Origin: an uncultured Myxococcales bacterium
GTDB taxonomy: Bacteria > Myxococcota_A > Polyangia > Polyangiales > Houyiibacteriaceae
DNA length: 64,000 nt
Reading direction: 5' to 3'
NCBI GenBank assembly: GCA_965601515.1
Contig: CBFCWN010000006.1
Coordinates: 2,372-66,371, forward strand
How positions within the stretch are numbered: the first letter of the stretch is position 1; the number at the start of each line of letters is the position of its first letter. The notes under the pieces were generated by a model, which saw only the letters and a program-made list of their open reading frames with translations, made no database searches and was not told where the DNA came from. Positions 19,591-28,270 of this stretch are shown one piece after another. Both the position numbers and the translations under genes were made by a program.

Positions 19591-20235
19591 GTGGGTCCGA
19601 CGGAGGCTATGTTGACCGCCATGACCCGCCCCAAAGCAGACAACCTCACGTGGCACATTGGCGAGGTCGACAAGGGCGCTCGGTCCGCTGCGTACGGCCA
19701 TCGCGGCGCCGTCCTTTGGTTCACGGGGCTCAGCGGGTCTGGCAAGAGCACGATCGGCCATCGTGTCGAGCGCATGCTGATCGACCGAGGGGCGTTCGCC
19801 TACGTGCTCGACGGGGACAACGTTCGGCACGGCCTGAACAGCGACCTCGGCTTCGCTCCCGAAGACCGGGTGGAGAACATCCGGCGCATCGGGGAGGTCT
19901 CGAAGCTGTTTGCGGACGCGGGCGCGCTAGTGGTGTCGGCGTTCATCTCCCCCTATCGGAAGGACCGCGATCGCATTCGCAGCCTCGTCCCGGAGGGGGA
20001 GTTCGTCGAGGTTTTCGTCGACACCCCGCTCGAAATCTGCGAAGCGCGCGACCCAAAGGGGCTCTACAAGAAGGCCCGCGCGGGAGAGATCAAGAACTTC
20101 ACCGGGCTCGACGCGCCCTATGAGGCACCAGAGAATCCCGAAGTCCACCTCGAGACCGCGGACCTGAGCGTCGACGAAGCTGCAGCGCAGGTGATCCGAT
20201 ACCTCGAAGACAAGAAGATCCTAGGAGCGGACTGA
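19591..20235 (+). CDS. cysC: Adenylylsulfate (APS) kinase
   Basis: P-loop FTGLSGSGKST, LDGDNVRHGLNSDLGF, and ISPYRKDRD. The start could instead be ATG at 19609. Confidence 0.9.
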   Translation: MGPTEAMLTAMTRPKADNLTWHIGEVDKGARSAAYGHRGAVLWFTGLSGSGKSTIGHRVERMLIDRGAFAYVLDGDNVRHGLNSDLGFAPEDRVENIRRIGEVSKLFADAGALVVSAFISPYRKDRDRIRSLVPEGEFVEVFVDTPLEICEARDPKGLYKKARAGEIKNFTGLDAPYEAPENPEVHLETADLSVDEAAAQVIRYLEDKKILGAD

Positions 20236-21908
20236 TGCCGACCCGGGCAGAGATGTGGGAGCAGGTCCCCGACGAGGTCGACATTGTCGTCATTGGCGGC
20301 GGCATCACGGGGACGGGCATCGCCCGCGACGCCGCTCGAAGGGGCTTTCGCGTTGCCCTGTTCGAGCAGAACGACCTGGCGTTCGGGACCAGCTCGCGCT
20401 CGAGCAAGCTGATCCACGGGGGCCTGAGATACCTCGAGAGCTATGAGTTCAGCTTGGTCTTCGAATCGGTGAGCGAACGTCGCGTCGTTCAAGACCTCGC
20501 GCCGCATCTCGTCAATCCGCTCGCGTTTCTGTTCCCCGTCTATCAGGGCGCGCGAAAGAGCCTCCGCATGATCACCGCGGGCATGTGGCTGTACGATGGA
20601 CTCGCCCTGTTTCGGTCGCCCAAGCGTCACAAGACCCTGAAGCCCCACGACGTGGCCGAGGAGGAACCGATCCTCCGCCAGGAGGGGCTTCAGGGAGCGC
20701 CGGTCTACTACGACTGCTCGACCGACGATGCGCGGCTCACCCTGGAGACCGCGATCGATGCGAGTCGAAACGGCGCGATCGTCGTGAACTGGGCGCGCGT
20801 CGATGCAATCACGAAGAACGAGCAGGGCCGGGTCTCTGGCGTCGTCGTCCGTAGCGTCCACGACGGAAATCTTCGCGAGGTCAAGGCCAACGTCGTGATC
20901 AACGCAACCGGCCCGTGGACCGATGAGGTGCTCGCCATGAGCGGCCCGCGCGTCTCGAAGATGCTTCGACCCACCAAGGGCATACACATCGTCGTGCGGC
21001 GAGAGGCGCTCCCCGTAGAACATGCGGTGGTTCTCTTTCACCCGACCGACAGCCGCGTGCTCTTCGCTCTGCCATGGGGCGAGAGAACGTACGTCGGGAC
21101 CACCGACACCGACTTCGAGGGAGCCCCGGGCTCGGAATGCGCCACGCTGGAGGACGTCGACTATCTCATCGACGCGGCCAACCACTACTTTCCGAACAAC
21201 ATGATTTCGCGTGACGACGTGATTTCCACCTGGGCGGGTCTCCGCCCCTTGATTCAGCCCGAAGCCGACATGGGCGATATGGCCGAGTCGCAGGTGAGCC
21301 GGGAGCATCAGATCCACATCGGAGAGGACGGCCTGGTGACGATCGCCGGCGGCAAGTTGACGACGTATCGCAAGATGGCGAAGGAGTGCGTGGACACCGC
21401 CGTGCAGATCCTCAAGCTGATGGGCCAGCTCCCTGAAGACCTGGTGTCCGGGCAGACGTACAAGAACCCGCTTCCAGGCGCCATCGGCTGGCCCGAGGAC
21501 GACGACCACGAAGCGGTTGCGAAACAGATTTCCGAGGAGTGTGAGTGCGAGATGTCGGACGCGACGCGCCTGCATCTCGTCGACACCTACGGGATGCGTG
21601 CGCTCGAGCTCTCACGGATTTGCGCGGGGGACCCAAGCGCCCTCGAACCCATCGTTCCAGGCCGTATCGAGATCATGGCCCAGGTGGACTTCGGCGTTCG
21701 CGAGGAGTTTGCGGCGAGCGTCGCCGACATCCTCGTTCGCCGGACGCAGATCTTCTTCCGCGACGAGGACCAGGGGCTGACCGCCGCCCACGCGGTCGCT
21801 GATCGAATGGCGCCGCTTCTCGGGTGGAGCGACGAAGACCGTCAGCGCTCGATCGAGGCCTACGAAGCCGAGGTGGCCCTCTCCCGTAGGTGGCGGGAGG
21901 AGCTCTGA
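20235..21908 (+). CDS. glpD: FAD-dependent glycerol-3-phosphate dehydrogenase
   Basis: VVIGGGITGTGIARDAARRG dinucleotide fold, SSRSSKLIHGGLRYLE, and the C-terminal GlpD alpha-helical domain. TGATG overlap with cysC. Confidence 0.9.
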   Translation: MPTRAEMWEQVPDEVDIVVIGGGITGTGIARDAARRGFRVALFEQNDLAFGTSSRSSKLIHGGLRYLESYEFSLVFESVSERRVVQDLAPHLVNPLAFLFPVYQGARKSLRMITAGMWLYDGLALFRSPKRHKTLKPHDVAEEEPILRQEGLQGAPVYYDCSTDDARLTLETAIDASRNGAIVVNWARVDAITKNEQGRVSGVVVRSVHDGNLREVKANVVINATGPWTDEVLAMSGPRVSKMLRPTKGIHIVVRREALPVEHAVVLFHPTDSRVLFALPWGERTYVGTTDTDFEGAPGSECATLEDVDYLIDAANHYFPNNMISRDDVISTWAGLRPLIQPEADMGDMAESQVSREHQIHIGEDGLVTIAGGKLTTYRKMAKECVDTAVQILKLMGQLPEDLVSGQTYKNPLPGAIGWPEDDDHEAVAKQISEECECEMSDATRLHLVDTYGMRALELSRICAGDPSALEPIVPGRIEIMAQVDFGVREEFAASVADILVRRTQIFFRDEDQGLTAAHAVADRMAPLLGWSDEDRQRSIEAYEAEVALSRRWREEL

Positions 21909-21923
21909 GCGAAGCCTCGCGGC

Positions 21924-22535
21924 TTACGCGAGCTGTGGAAGCTTGAGCTTGAGAGACAGTGCGCCCGACTCGACCCGTAGGGACTCGAGCTCGAGCACGT
22001 CGAAGATCATCATGGCGGCCTGCGTCGTCGCGAAACGACGAACCGCGGGAACACTCCGCAGGTCGACGCGGAGGCGGCCGGCGCTCTCCCTCTCGACGAT
22101 TGCGCCGCCGACATCGACGGTGTCCGGGGGCATGATCATCGGCCACGTCGCTTTGGCGATGCATCCGGCGAGCGCACCGACGATCGACGTGTCGTGGGCG
22201 TCCGGTGGCTCGACGTCGAACGCGATTTCCTTGGCACCGCGCGGGGCGAACGACACCGAGCTCGGCGCAAGACTGAACTGCACCTCGCGCCCGTTCGTCA
22301 TCGAAGCATCGACGTACACACGGCCCGAATGGCAGGCCACCATCGCTGAATCGACGCCCTCGGCGTGCGCCGCGGCTGCAGTAAGCGCTTCGTCGCTGAG
22401 TCGCCACCGCTGCTGAGTCAGGCGTTCGAGCAGCTGCGAGGTGGCGCTCGCGACTCGGGTGCCTTTGACGCGGTCGAGCGCCCGATCCGCGGCGGACCGC
22501 ACCAGGCTCCGTAGGATGTCGAATCGATCGCTCAT
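21924..22535 (-). CDS. Hypothetical protein (203 aa)
   Basis: GC3-rich frame. Its start overlaps the stop of the upstream radical SAM gene by 4 nt. No recognisable motif. Confidence 0.55.
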   Translation of the reverse strand: MSDRFDILRSLVRSAADRALDRVKGTRVASATSQLLERLTQQRWRLSDEALTAAAAHAEGVDSAMVACHSGRVYVDASMTNGREVQFSLAPSSVSFAPRGAKEIAFDVEPPDAHDTSIVGALAGCIAKATWPMIMPPDTVDVGGAIVERESAGRLRVDLRSVPAVRRFATTQAAMMIFDVLELESLRVESGALSLKLKLPQLA

Positions 22536-25324
22536 TCGGCCGCCTGGAGGGGAGTCTTGTCGCGGAGGGCAGCGAGCTCGAGCGGGGTCACGCGGTGGCC
22601 TCCTCGCTCGGCGAAGAACGCCGACCGGATCACCCGGGGATGAAGGTCATCGTGGCCTGTGATGGCGCGAAGGACCTCGGCGGGGCGAGGCGTCGTCTTG
22701 CCGTCGAGGCGCAGGGTGATCGCGATCGGCATCAGGTCGCCAGCCAGCCCGGCTTCCGAGAGCGTCTCATGCCCCACGTCTGCCTTTGCGTCGACGAGGA
22801 CGGAACCGATGTCAATTCGCTTCTTTATGCCCCGAACCTCACGGTCGATATAGAGGTTGGGGTCGCGTCGATCGAGCGCTTCCTGCAGCGCGTCGGCAGA
22901 ATCGAATCCGAGCTCTGCGCAGAGGGTGCGGGGGAGGGCGGCGACGAACTCGGTCTGCTCGAGCACCCGGTTGAGGGCCGCGTCGCTCGGGCCGAGGACC
23001 TCGCAGCCGAAGAACTCGACGCCATCGATGGCGACTTCGTTGAGGCGCTCGCAGAGACCCTGGAGGTCCGGCGACTCCGCGGCCCGGAGCCTGACGTCGA
23101 CGTGTTCGCATAGGCTGGCGGTGCCCACCGGAAGCGCCGGCCCGAAGGTCAGCTTGGGGAGCGGGCGGTAGCCCTCGCTGTAGTAGAGGGGCAGTCCGAC
23201 ACGCCGGAGCATCCTCGGGAACGCTCGAACCAGGTCGAGGTGTGAGGCGTAGGAGGGGCGGCCCACCTTTCGGAACGCGAGTCGGATCCGCATGGCGGGC
23301 CCCTGGTCCACGTCTCGAAACGGACGTCGGTCGACCATCGGGTCATCGTCCTCTTGCTCGATTTCGACGCTTCGACGCGGTTCGAGGGCTTTCATGCTCT
23401 GGAGGAACACGATCCGTTCCTCCTTCATCTTCGTGAGGTCGCAGGCGACGCCGCAGTCGTAGCAGACCAGCCGCTTCTTCTCCGCCTCGGCGTCTTTCAC
23501 GTTGGTGTGATGGACGAAGCTTCCGACGGTCTTTCCGCACGGAGGGCTCAAACGGTTGCGGAGCGCCTTTCGGTACTCACGCGCGAGGAACCCCTGCTCG
23601 AGCCCGACGTCGATGTGTGACCAGGGCAACCGCGCGGAGACGGGAATCGTTCCGAGAAACCAGGCCGGGTCGATGCTGCACTCGTCGAGCGCACTGGTCC
23701 ACGCCTCGAGGTCGAGCTGCTCGTCCCACGAGTCGAATCGCGCCCCCCGACGGAAGGCTCCCTCAATCACGTCGCCCAACCGACGGTCGCCGCGCGCGAG
23801 CATGCCCTCGAGCCAGGAACCGTCGGAGTTGTGCATCTTGAGCTGCACGCGCGTCTTGCTCGCTTCGTCGAGAAGAACCGTCTGCTTTCTGCGGATCTCG
23901 TCGTGAGAGTCCATCGCACACCATTGAAACGGCGTGTGCGGCTTCGGGACGTGCGTCGACACGCTCACGGTCACACGGCCGCGCTTGTCCTTTCGGACCC
24001 GGCGCGACACATCGAATGCGCGAGCCCCGGTGCGAACGATGTCGCGTACATCCTCGTCTTCTTCCGTCGGGAGCCCGATCATGAAGTAGAGCTTCATCTT
24101 GCTCCAGCCGCGCGAGAACACGCGCTCGGCGGTCTCCATGAGCTGCGCGTCGGTGACGTTCTTGTTGACCACGTCTCGCATGCGTTGGCTGCCTGCCTCC
24201 GGGGCGAATGTCAGTCCGCCGGCCCGCTGGCGCTTCATGTCGTCGAGCACGTCTTCGCTCAGGCCGTACGCACGAAGCGAAGAAACGCTCAGCGAAACCT
24301 GGTGAGGCGCCAACGCGTCGATCGATTCGCGCACGAGCGGTGCAATGGCGCTGTAGTCCGCGGTCGAAAGCGAGGTGAGTGAAGCCTCGTCGTAGCCCGC
24401 TTCCTCGACGGATCGAACCATTGCGTCGAGGATCGCCTTCGGCTCACGTTCGCGGACTGGTCGGTAGATCATTCCGGCCTGGCAGAAGCGGCATCCCTCG
24501 GTGCAGCCGCGCGCGACTTCGATCGATGCTCGGTCGAAGACGGTTTCGCAGCTCGCGATCGGACCGTCGACGGGGAAGGGGTAGTCGTTGAGGTCGGCCA
24601 CGATGCTGCGCCGAACCGGAAAGGGGGCCTCGGGGTGATCCGGTTCGACCACCCACATCTCGGTGTCGTCCGTCGGCGTCGCATCGTAGAGCGACGGTAC
24701 GTAGAAGCCGCCGAGCTTCGCGATACGGAGGAGTCGTTCCCGGCGCGAGAGCCCGGCTCGTTTCGACGCGGCCCATTCGCGCATCAGCTCGGGCAGCTTG
24801 GCTTCGCCGTCACCGATCAGAAACGCGTCGATGAACGGGGACATCGGCTCGGCGTGCGTAGCGGTGGGTCCCCCCGCGATCACGAGGGGGTGTTCGTCGG
24901 TCCGATCCACGCCGCGAAGTGGGATCTGCGCGAGATCGAGGATTTGGAGAATGTTGGAGTACGTCAGCTCGTACTGCAGTGAGAATCCGACGACGTCGAA
25001 CTCGCCAAGAGGGCGCGCGGTTTCGAGCGAGCAGAGCGGCTGACCGTGTTTGCGAAGCTCGTCCTCCATGTCGGCCCAGACCGCGTAGGCGCGTTCGGCG
25101 ACGAGGTCGGGCTGCTTGTTGACGAGGTCGTACAGGATCTTGTAGCCGAGGTGGCTCATCCCGATCTCGTAGAGGTCGGGAAACGCCAGGCAGATACGGC
25201 TCTGCGCCTCCGCCCAGTCCTTGCGCACCTGTCCCTGTTCGCCGCCTAGATACTGAGCGGGCTTGTGCACGCGGTCGATGAAAGGCGCGTACGGGTGGTC
25301 CCGCATCGGCAGGGTTTCAGGCAC
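22532..25324 (-). CDS. Radical SAM protein fused to a DUF2344-type radical-SAM-linked domain
   Basis: CTEGCRFCQAG (CxxxCxxC) cluster in an N-terminal module of about 620 aa. The C-terminal module starts RIRLAFRKVGRPSYASHLDLVRAFPRMLRRVGLPLYYSEGYRP. GTG at 25324 or ATG at 25306. Confidence 0.9.
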   Translation of the reverse strand: MPETLPMRDHPYAPFIDRVHKPAQYLGGEQGQVRKDWAEAQSRICLAFPDLYEIGMSHLGYKILYDLVNKQPDLVAERAYAVWADMEDELRKHGQPLCSLETARPLGEFDVVGFSLQYELTYSNILQILDLAQIPLRGVDRTDEHPLVIAGGPTATHAEPMSPFIDAFLIGDGEAKLPELMREWAASKRAGLSRRERLLRIAKLGGFYVPSLYDATPTDDTEMWVVEPDHPEAPFPVRRSIVADLNDYPFPVDGPIASCETVFDRASIEVARGCTEGCRFCQAGMIYRPVREREPKAILDAMVRSVEEAGYDEASLTSLSTADYSAIAPLVRESIDALAPHQVSLSVSSLRAYGLSEDVLDDMKRQRAGGLTFAPEAGSQRMRDVVNKNVTDAQLMETAERVFSRGWSKMKLYFMIGLPTEEDEDVRDIVRTGARAFDVSRRVRKDKRGRVTVSVSTHVPKPHTPFQWCAMDSHDEIRRKQTVLLDEASKTRVQLKMHNSDGSWLEGMLARGDRRLGDVIEGAFRRGARFDSWDEQLDLEAWTSALDECSIDPAWFLGTIPVSARLPWSHIDVGLEQGFLAREYRKALRNRLSPPCGKTVGSFVHHTNVKDAEAEKKRLVCYDCGVACDLTKMKEERIVFLQSMKALEPRRSVEIEQEDDDPMVDRRPFRDVDQGPAMRIRLAFRKVGRPSYASHLDLVRAFPRMLRRVGLPLYYSEGYRPLPKLTFGPALPVGTASLCEHVDVRLRAAESPDLQGLCERLNEVAIDGVEFFGCEVLGPSDAALNRVLEQTEFVAALPRTLCAELGFDSADALQEALDRRDPNLYIDREVRGIKKRIDIGSVLVDAKADVGHETLSEAGLAGDLMPIAITLRLDGKTTPRPAEVLRAITGHDDLHPRVIRSAFFAERGGHRVTPLELAALRDKTPLQAAE

Positions 25325-25347
25325 GACGACTAGTGTGACTGGTTCTG

Positions 25348-26499
25348 TCAGCGCAGCAATGGGCGAGGCCCGTGGGCGGTAACCGCAAACAGTGACGCGG
25401 AAACCGGGTGCGGAGCGCGCCGAACCGCCTCCTCGGCATGGGCTTCGAGCTCGTCGACCGCGGCGCCGTGTCCAAGGAGCAGGACGTCACGATGTGGTGC
25501 GGCCGCAACCCAAGGCCCGTCGGCGACCTGCTCGAGTCGGAGTGCGAGATCGGGAAGCACAAGTCGTGAGCCGTCGAGGCCGTCACCCTGACGTACGCGC
25601 AGCACTCCGTCCGCGACTCGTTCGACCCGGAGTGAGCGAGACTTTTCAGCAAGGTTCTCGACGGCCTTTCGCTGCGCTCCAGCCGCCCCGAGTGCCCAGC
25701 CGGCGACCTCGGAGGCTCGAACGTATCGAGCACGCGAGCCGTATCGGAGTTGCAGCGCGAGGTGGACGTCTGCGCCGACCGCCTGGAGGTGGAGGCTCTG
25801 GTCGGTCGGCAGAGAATCGATGAAGGCCTGCGACACGAGCCGTGGGAGCAACCGTGGGGCCGCCTCGTGCCACGGCGTGGTCTCCGGCGCCTCCGCTCCT
25901 GGGAGCATGCTGACGATCCGGCGCGCGGCCTCGTGCGTCGCCTCGTCGTCCTCGCCGCGTGCGACCTTTTCGAGCCGACTGAGGTCGACCGAGGCGCCGT
26001 TGTCCAAGTCCACCGTCAGCTCGAACTGCGACTGAATGCCTAGGTCGGGGCGCTCACTCTCGAGGGTGTCGGCGAAAGCGCGTACGACACGCGATACCGG
26101 ACCGTCGTCCGTGGCCTCGAGCTCTGCAAGGGAAAGGTAATCGGCCAAGCGACCTCGCGGGTCCTCGGCATCGAGCGCGTCCTGGATGGCCTCGAAGGGG
26201 TCGAACCAGCCAAATCGCCCGAGCTGAACGCGATGGCTTCCGTTCTGGGCGCGGGCTCGACCGCCGAGGTGCTCGATCAACAAAAGACCAAGAATCGCCC
26301 CAGCGCCCTCTACAAACAGATCGTCTTCGGTGTCATTCGTGTCTCGATCGACGAAATCTTCGATGCGATCGGCAAGCCAGCGAACGCCTCCCGTCCCAGC
26401 ACCTGGCATCGGCGGCCGCTCGGAATCCGCGAAAAAACGTGCCGCGGGCACGAGTCGGCCGCCGATGCTTTCCAGGCTATTGAGCCAATCCACCCCCAT
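25348..26499 (-). CDS. Hypothetical protein (383 aa)
   Basis: GC3-rich acidic protein with no motif recognised. The start is uncertain (ATG 26499 or ATG 26409) because it abuts the divergent gene. Confidence 0.55.
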   Translation of the reverse strand: MGVDWLNSLESIGGRLVPAARFFADSERPPMPGAGTGGVRWLADRIEDFVDRDTNDTEDDLFVEGAGAILGLLLIEHLGGRARAQNGSHRVQLGRFGWFDPFEAIQDALDAEDPRGRLADYLSLAELEATDDGPVSRVVRAFADTLESERPDLGIQSQFELTVDLDNGASVDLSRLEKVARGEDDEATHEAARRIVSMLPGAEAPETTPWHEAAPRLLPRLVSQAFIDSLPTDQSLHLQAVGADVHLALQLRYGSRARYVRASEVAGWALGAAGAQRKAVENLAEKSRSLRVERVADGVLRVRQGDGLDGSRLVLPDLALRLEQVADGPWVAAAPHRDVLLLGHGAAVDELEAHAEEAVRRAPHPVSASLFAVTAHGPRPLLR

Positions 26500-26501
26500 G
26501 G

Positions 26502-27605
26502 TTGCTTCCCCAAAACGACGCTATCACGGCTCGGGTTGCGTCAACAGAGGTGTGGCAGAATGAATTGTCGGTGAACAGTCGGGGAAAAGAGGTCGCGTTC
26601 GACCAGCTCGTCCGCGTTCTCGATCGGGTGCCGCTCGTCTCCAGCGTGCGGAACGATCTGAAGGGGCTTCAGACACTGCTCCTCAACCGTCGTGCCCCTC
26701 GCATCGCGGCGCTGGGGATGCCAGGGAGCGGCCGCTCCTCGCTGCTGCGCGCGTTGATCGGACGGCATCCCATCCGCGAGCCGTTTCACGCCGACCACGG
26801 CAAGTGGGTGAAGATCGCTCACGAAGCGGTCCGCATGGACTGGCTGGAAATCGACGTCGCCGAGGACGACGCTCGTTCAGAGTGGCAGGCGGCTCTCGCC
26901 GAAGCCGTCCCGGACGTCGTGCTCGTGACGCTCGAGCCCAACAACCTCGACCACGCGCGGGACATTCTTGCTCGTGTGAAGAGCTTGGTCCCGGACGTTC
27001 CGGACGGAACCGAACCGTTACGCGTCTTCGCGTTGCTCACGCACGCGGACCTGATCGGCAGCGGCCGCGACGACATCGAGGCGGCGCGCGCCAAACTCGA
27101 AGCCGAGATCGGTTCCATGGGCATCGTCGCCGATCCCACCCTCGCGGTATCCGCCATCAGCGGCTACGGGCTGGAGGCGCTTTCCGAGACCCTGATCTTG
27201 GCGCTGCCGGAGGACACGCGCTTCGAGGCGGCGCGGGCGCTCGTCCGCGCGTCGGAAGCGCGGGTTCGCATAGGCAACGAGATCGTTCAGGGCTGCACGG
27301 CGGTATCCGTGACGGTGGGTCTCACTCCGATTCCGTTCTCCGACATGATGGTGCTCGGCCCGCTGCAGGCGATGATGGTGAGCGCGCTCGCTCACCTGAG
27401 CGGTCGAAACTGGGGCAAGAAGACCATCGCGGAATGGGCCGGGAGTCTCGGCGTCGTCGGAGGGCTCGGCCTCGGGCTGCGCTACTCCGCGCAGGCGATG
27501 GCGAAGCTCGTGCCGGGCGCAGGGACGGTGGTCTCCGCAGGCGTGGCGGCCGCCGGAACGACGGCGATGGGCCAGAGCGCGATCAAGTATTTCTTGAGAG
27601 GCTGA
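26502..27605 (+). CDS. P-loop GTPase-like domain fused to a DUF697-like membrane-associated C-terminal domain
   Basis: Walker-A-like GMPGSGRSS (Arg where Lys is expected) and THAD in place of NKxD. The Gly/Ala-rich hydrophobic C-terminus resembles DUF697. TTG at 26502 is doubtful; GTG at 26550 or 26571 is more plausible. Confidence 0.65.
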   Translation: MLPQNDAITARVASTEVWQNELSVNSRGKEVAFDQLVRVLDRVPLVSSVRNDLKGLQTLLLNRRAPRIAALGMPGSGRSSLLRALIGRHPIREPFHADHGKWVKIAHEAVRMDWLEIDVAEDDARSEWQAALAEAVPDVVLVTLEPNNLDHARDILARVKSLVPDVPDGTEPLRVFALLTHADLIGSGRDDIEAARAKLEAEIGSMGIVADPTLAVSAISGYGLEALSETLILALPEDTRFEAARALVRASEARVRIGNEIVQGCTAVSVTVGLTPIPFSDMMVLGPLQAMMVSALAHLSGRNWGKKTIAEWAGSLGVVGGLGLGLRYSAQAMAKLVPGAGTVVSAGVAAAGTTAMGQSAIKYFLRG

Positions 27606-28263
27606 GCCCGCCCGGAAGCGTGTCCGTCCACACGGGCTTGTCGTCGTAGAGCGAGGCGAAGTGCGTGGCGAGCGGCGTCGTGACGTCGTCGACGGTTACC
27701 GCGCGATCCAGCTCGTTCGAAAGCGACGTAACGGCCTTGTCCTCGATGCCGCAGGGGACGATGAGTTGGAAGTCGTTCAGGTTGCTGTTGGCGTTCAGCG
27801 CGAGCCCGTGCATCGTGACCCATCGGCTGATGCGCACGCCGACCGCCCCCACCTTGCGCTCGCCCACCCAGGTGCCGTTCAATCCTCGAATGCGCGTCGC
27901 GTCGATGCCGAAGTCGCCACACGTGCGAATCATGGCCTCCTCGAGCGTCCAGACGTACTTGCGGACGTCTTTGCGGTCCGGCCTGAGGTCGATGATCGGG
28001 TAGGCGACGAGCTGGCCTGGACCGTGATAGGTCACATCGCCGCCGCGGCCGACCTCGTGGACCGAGATGCCTCGAGCCGCGAGCATCTCCTTCGAAGCGA
28101 GGATGTGCTCGTTCTTCGCTGACCGACCGAGCGTAAGAACCGGCGGGTGCTCGAGGAGAAGCACCACGTCTTCAACCGCGCCCTCGATGCGTTTCGCCTG
28201 CAGCGTTCGTTGGAGTTCGTGGGCCTTGTCGTAGTCGACGGTCCCGAGACGGCAGAAGAGCAA
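27583..28263 (-). CDS. lipB: Octanoyltransferase (lipoyl(octanoyl) transferase)
   Basis: LLLEHPPVLTLGR, GGDVTYHGPGQLVAYP and IVPCGI motifs. TTG start 7 nt after the lpd stop. Confidence 0.9.
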   Translation of the reverse strand: MLFCRLGTVDYDKAHELQRTLQAKRIEGAVEDVVLLLEHPPVLTLGRSAKNEHILASKEMLAARGISVHEVGRGGDVTYHGPGQLVAYPIIDLRPDRKDVRKYVWTLEEAMIRTCGDFGIDATRIRGLNGTWVGERKVGAVGVRISRWVTMHGLALNANSNLNDFQLIVPCGIEDKAVTSLSNELDRAVTVDDVTTPLATHFASLYDDKPVWTDTLPGGLSLSRNT

Positions 28264-28270
28264 CGTTGCC

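Noticed and set aside
18487-21575. Minus-strand ORFs 18487..19830 and 20118..21575 opposite DUF72, cysC and glpD
   Set aside because: Shadow ORFs opposite genes with unambiguous P-loop and FAD-fold motifs.
21907-21927. Small imperfect hairpin between glpD and the convergent 203-aa ORF
   Set aside because: It has only a 5-bp core stem plus 3 bp after a bulge, and it overlaps the minus-strand stop codon. This is too weak to call a terminator.
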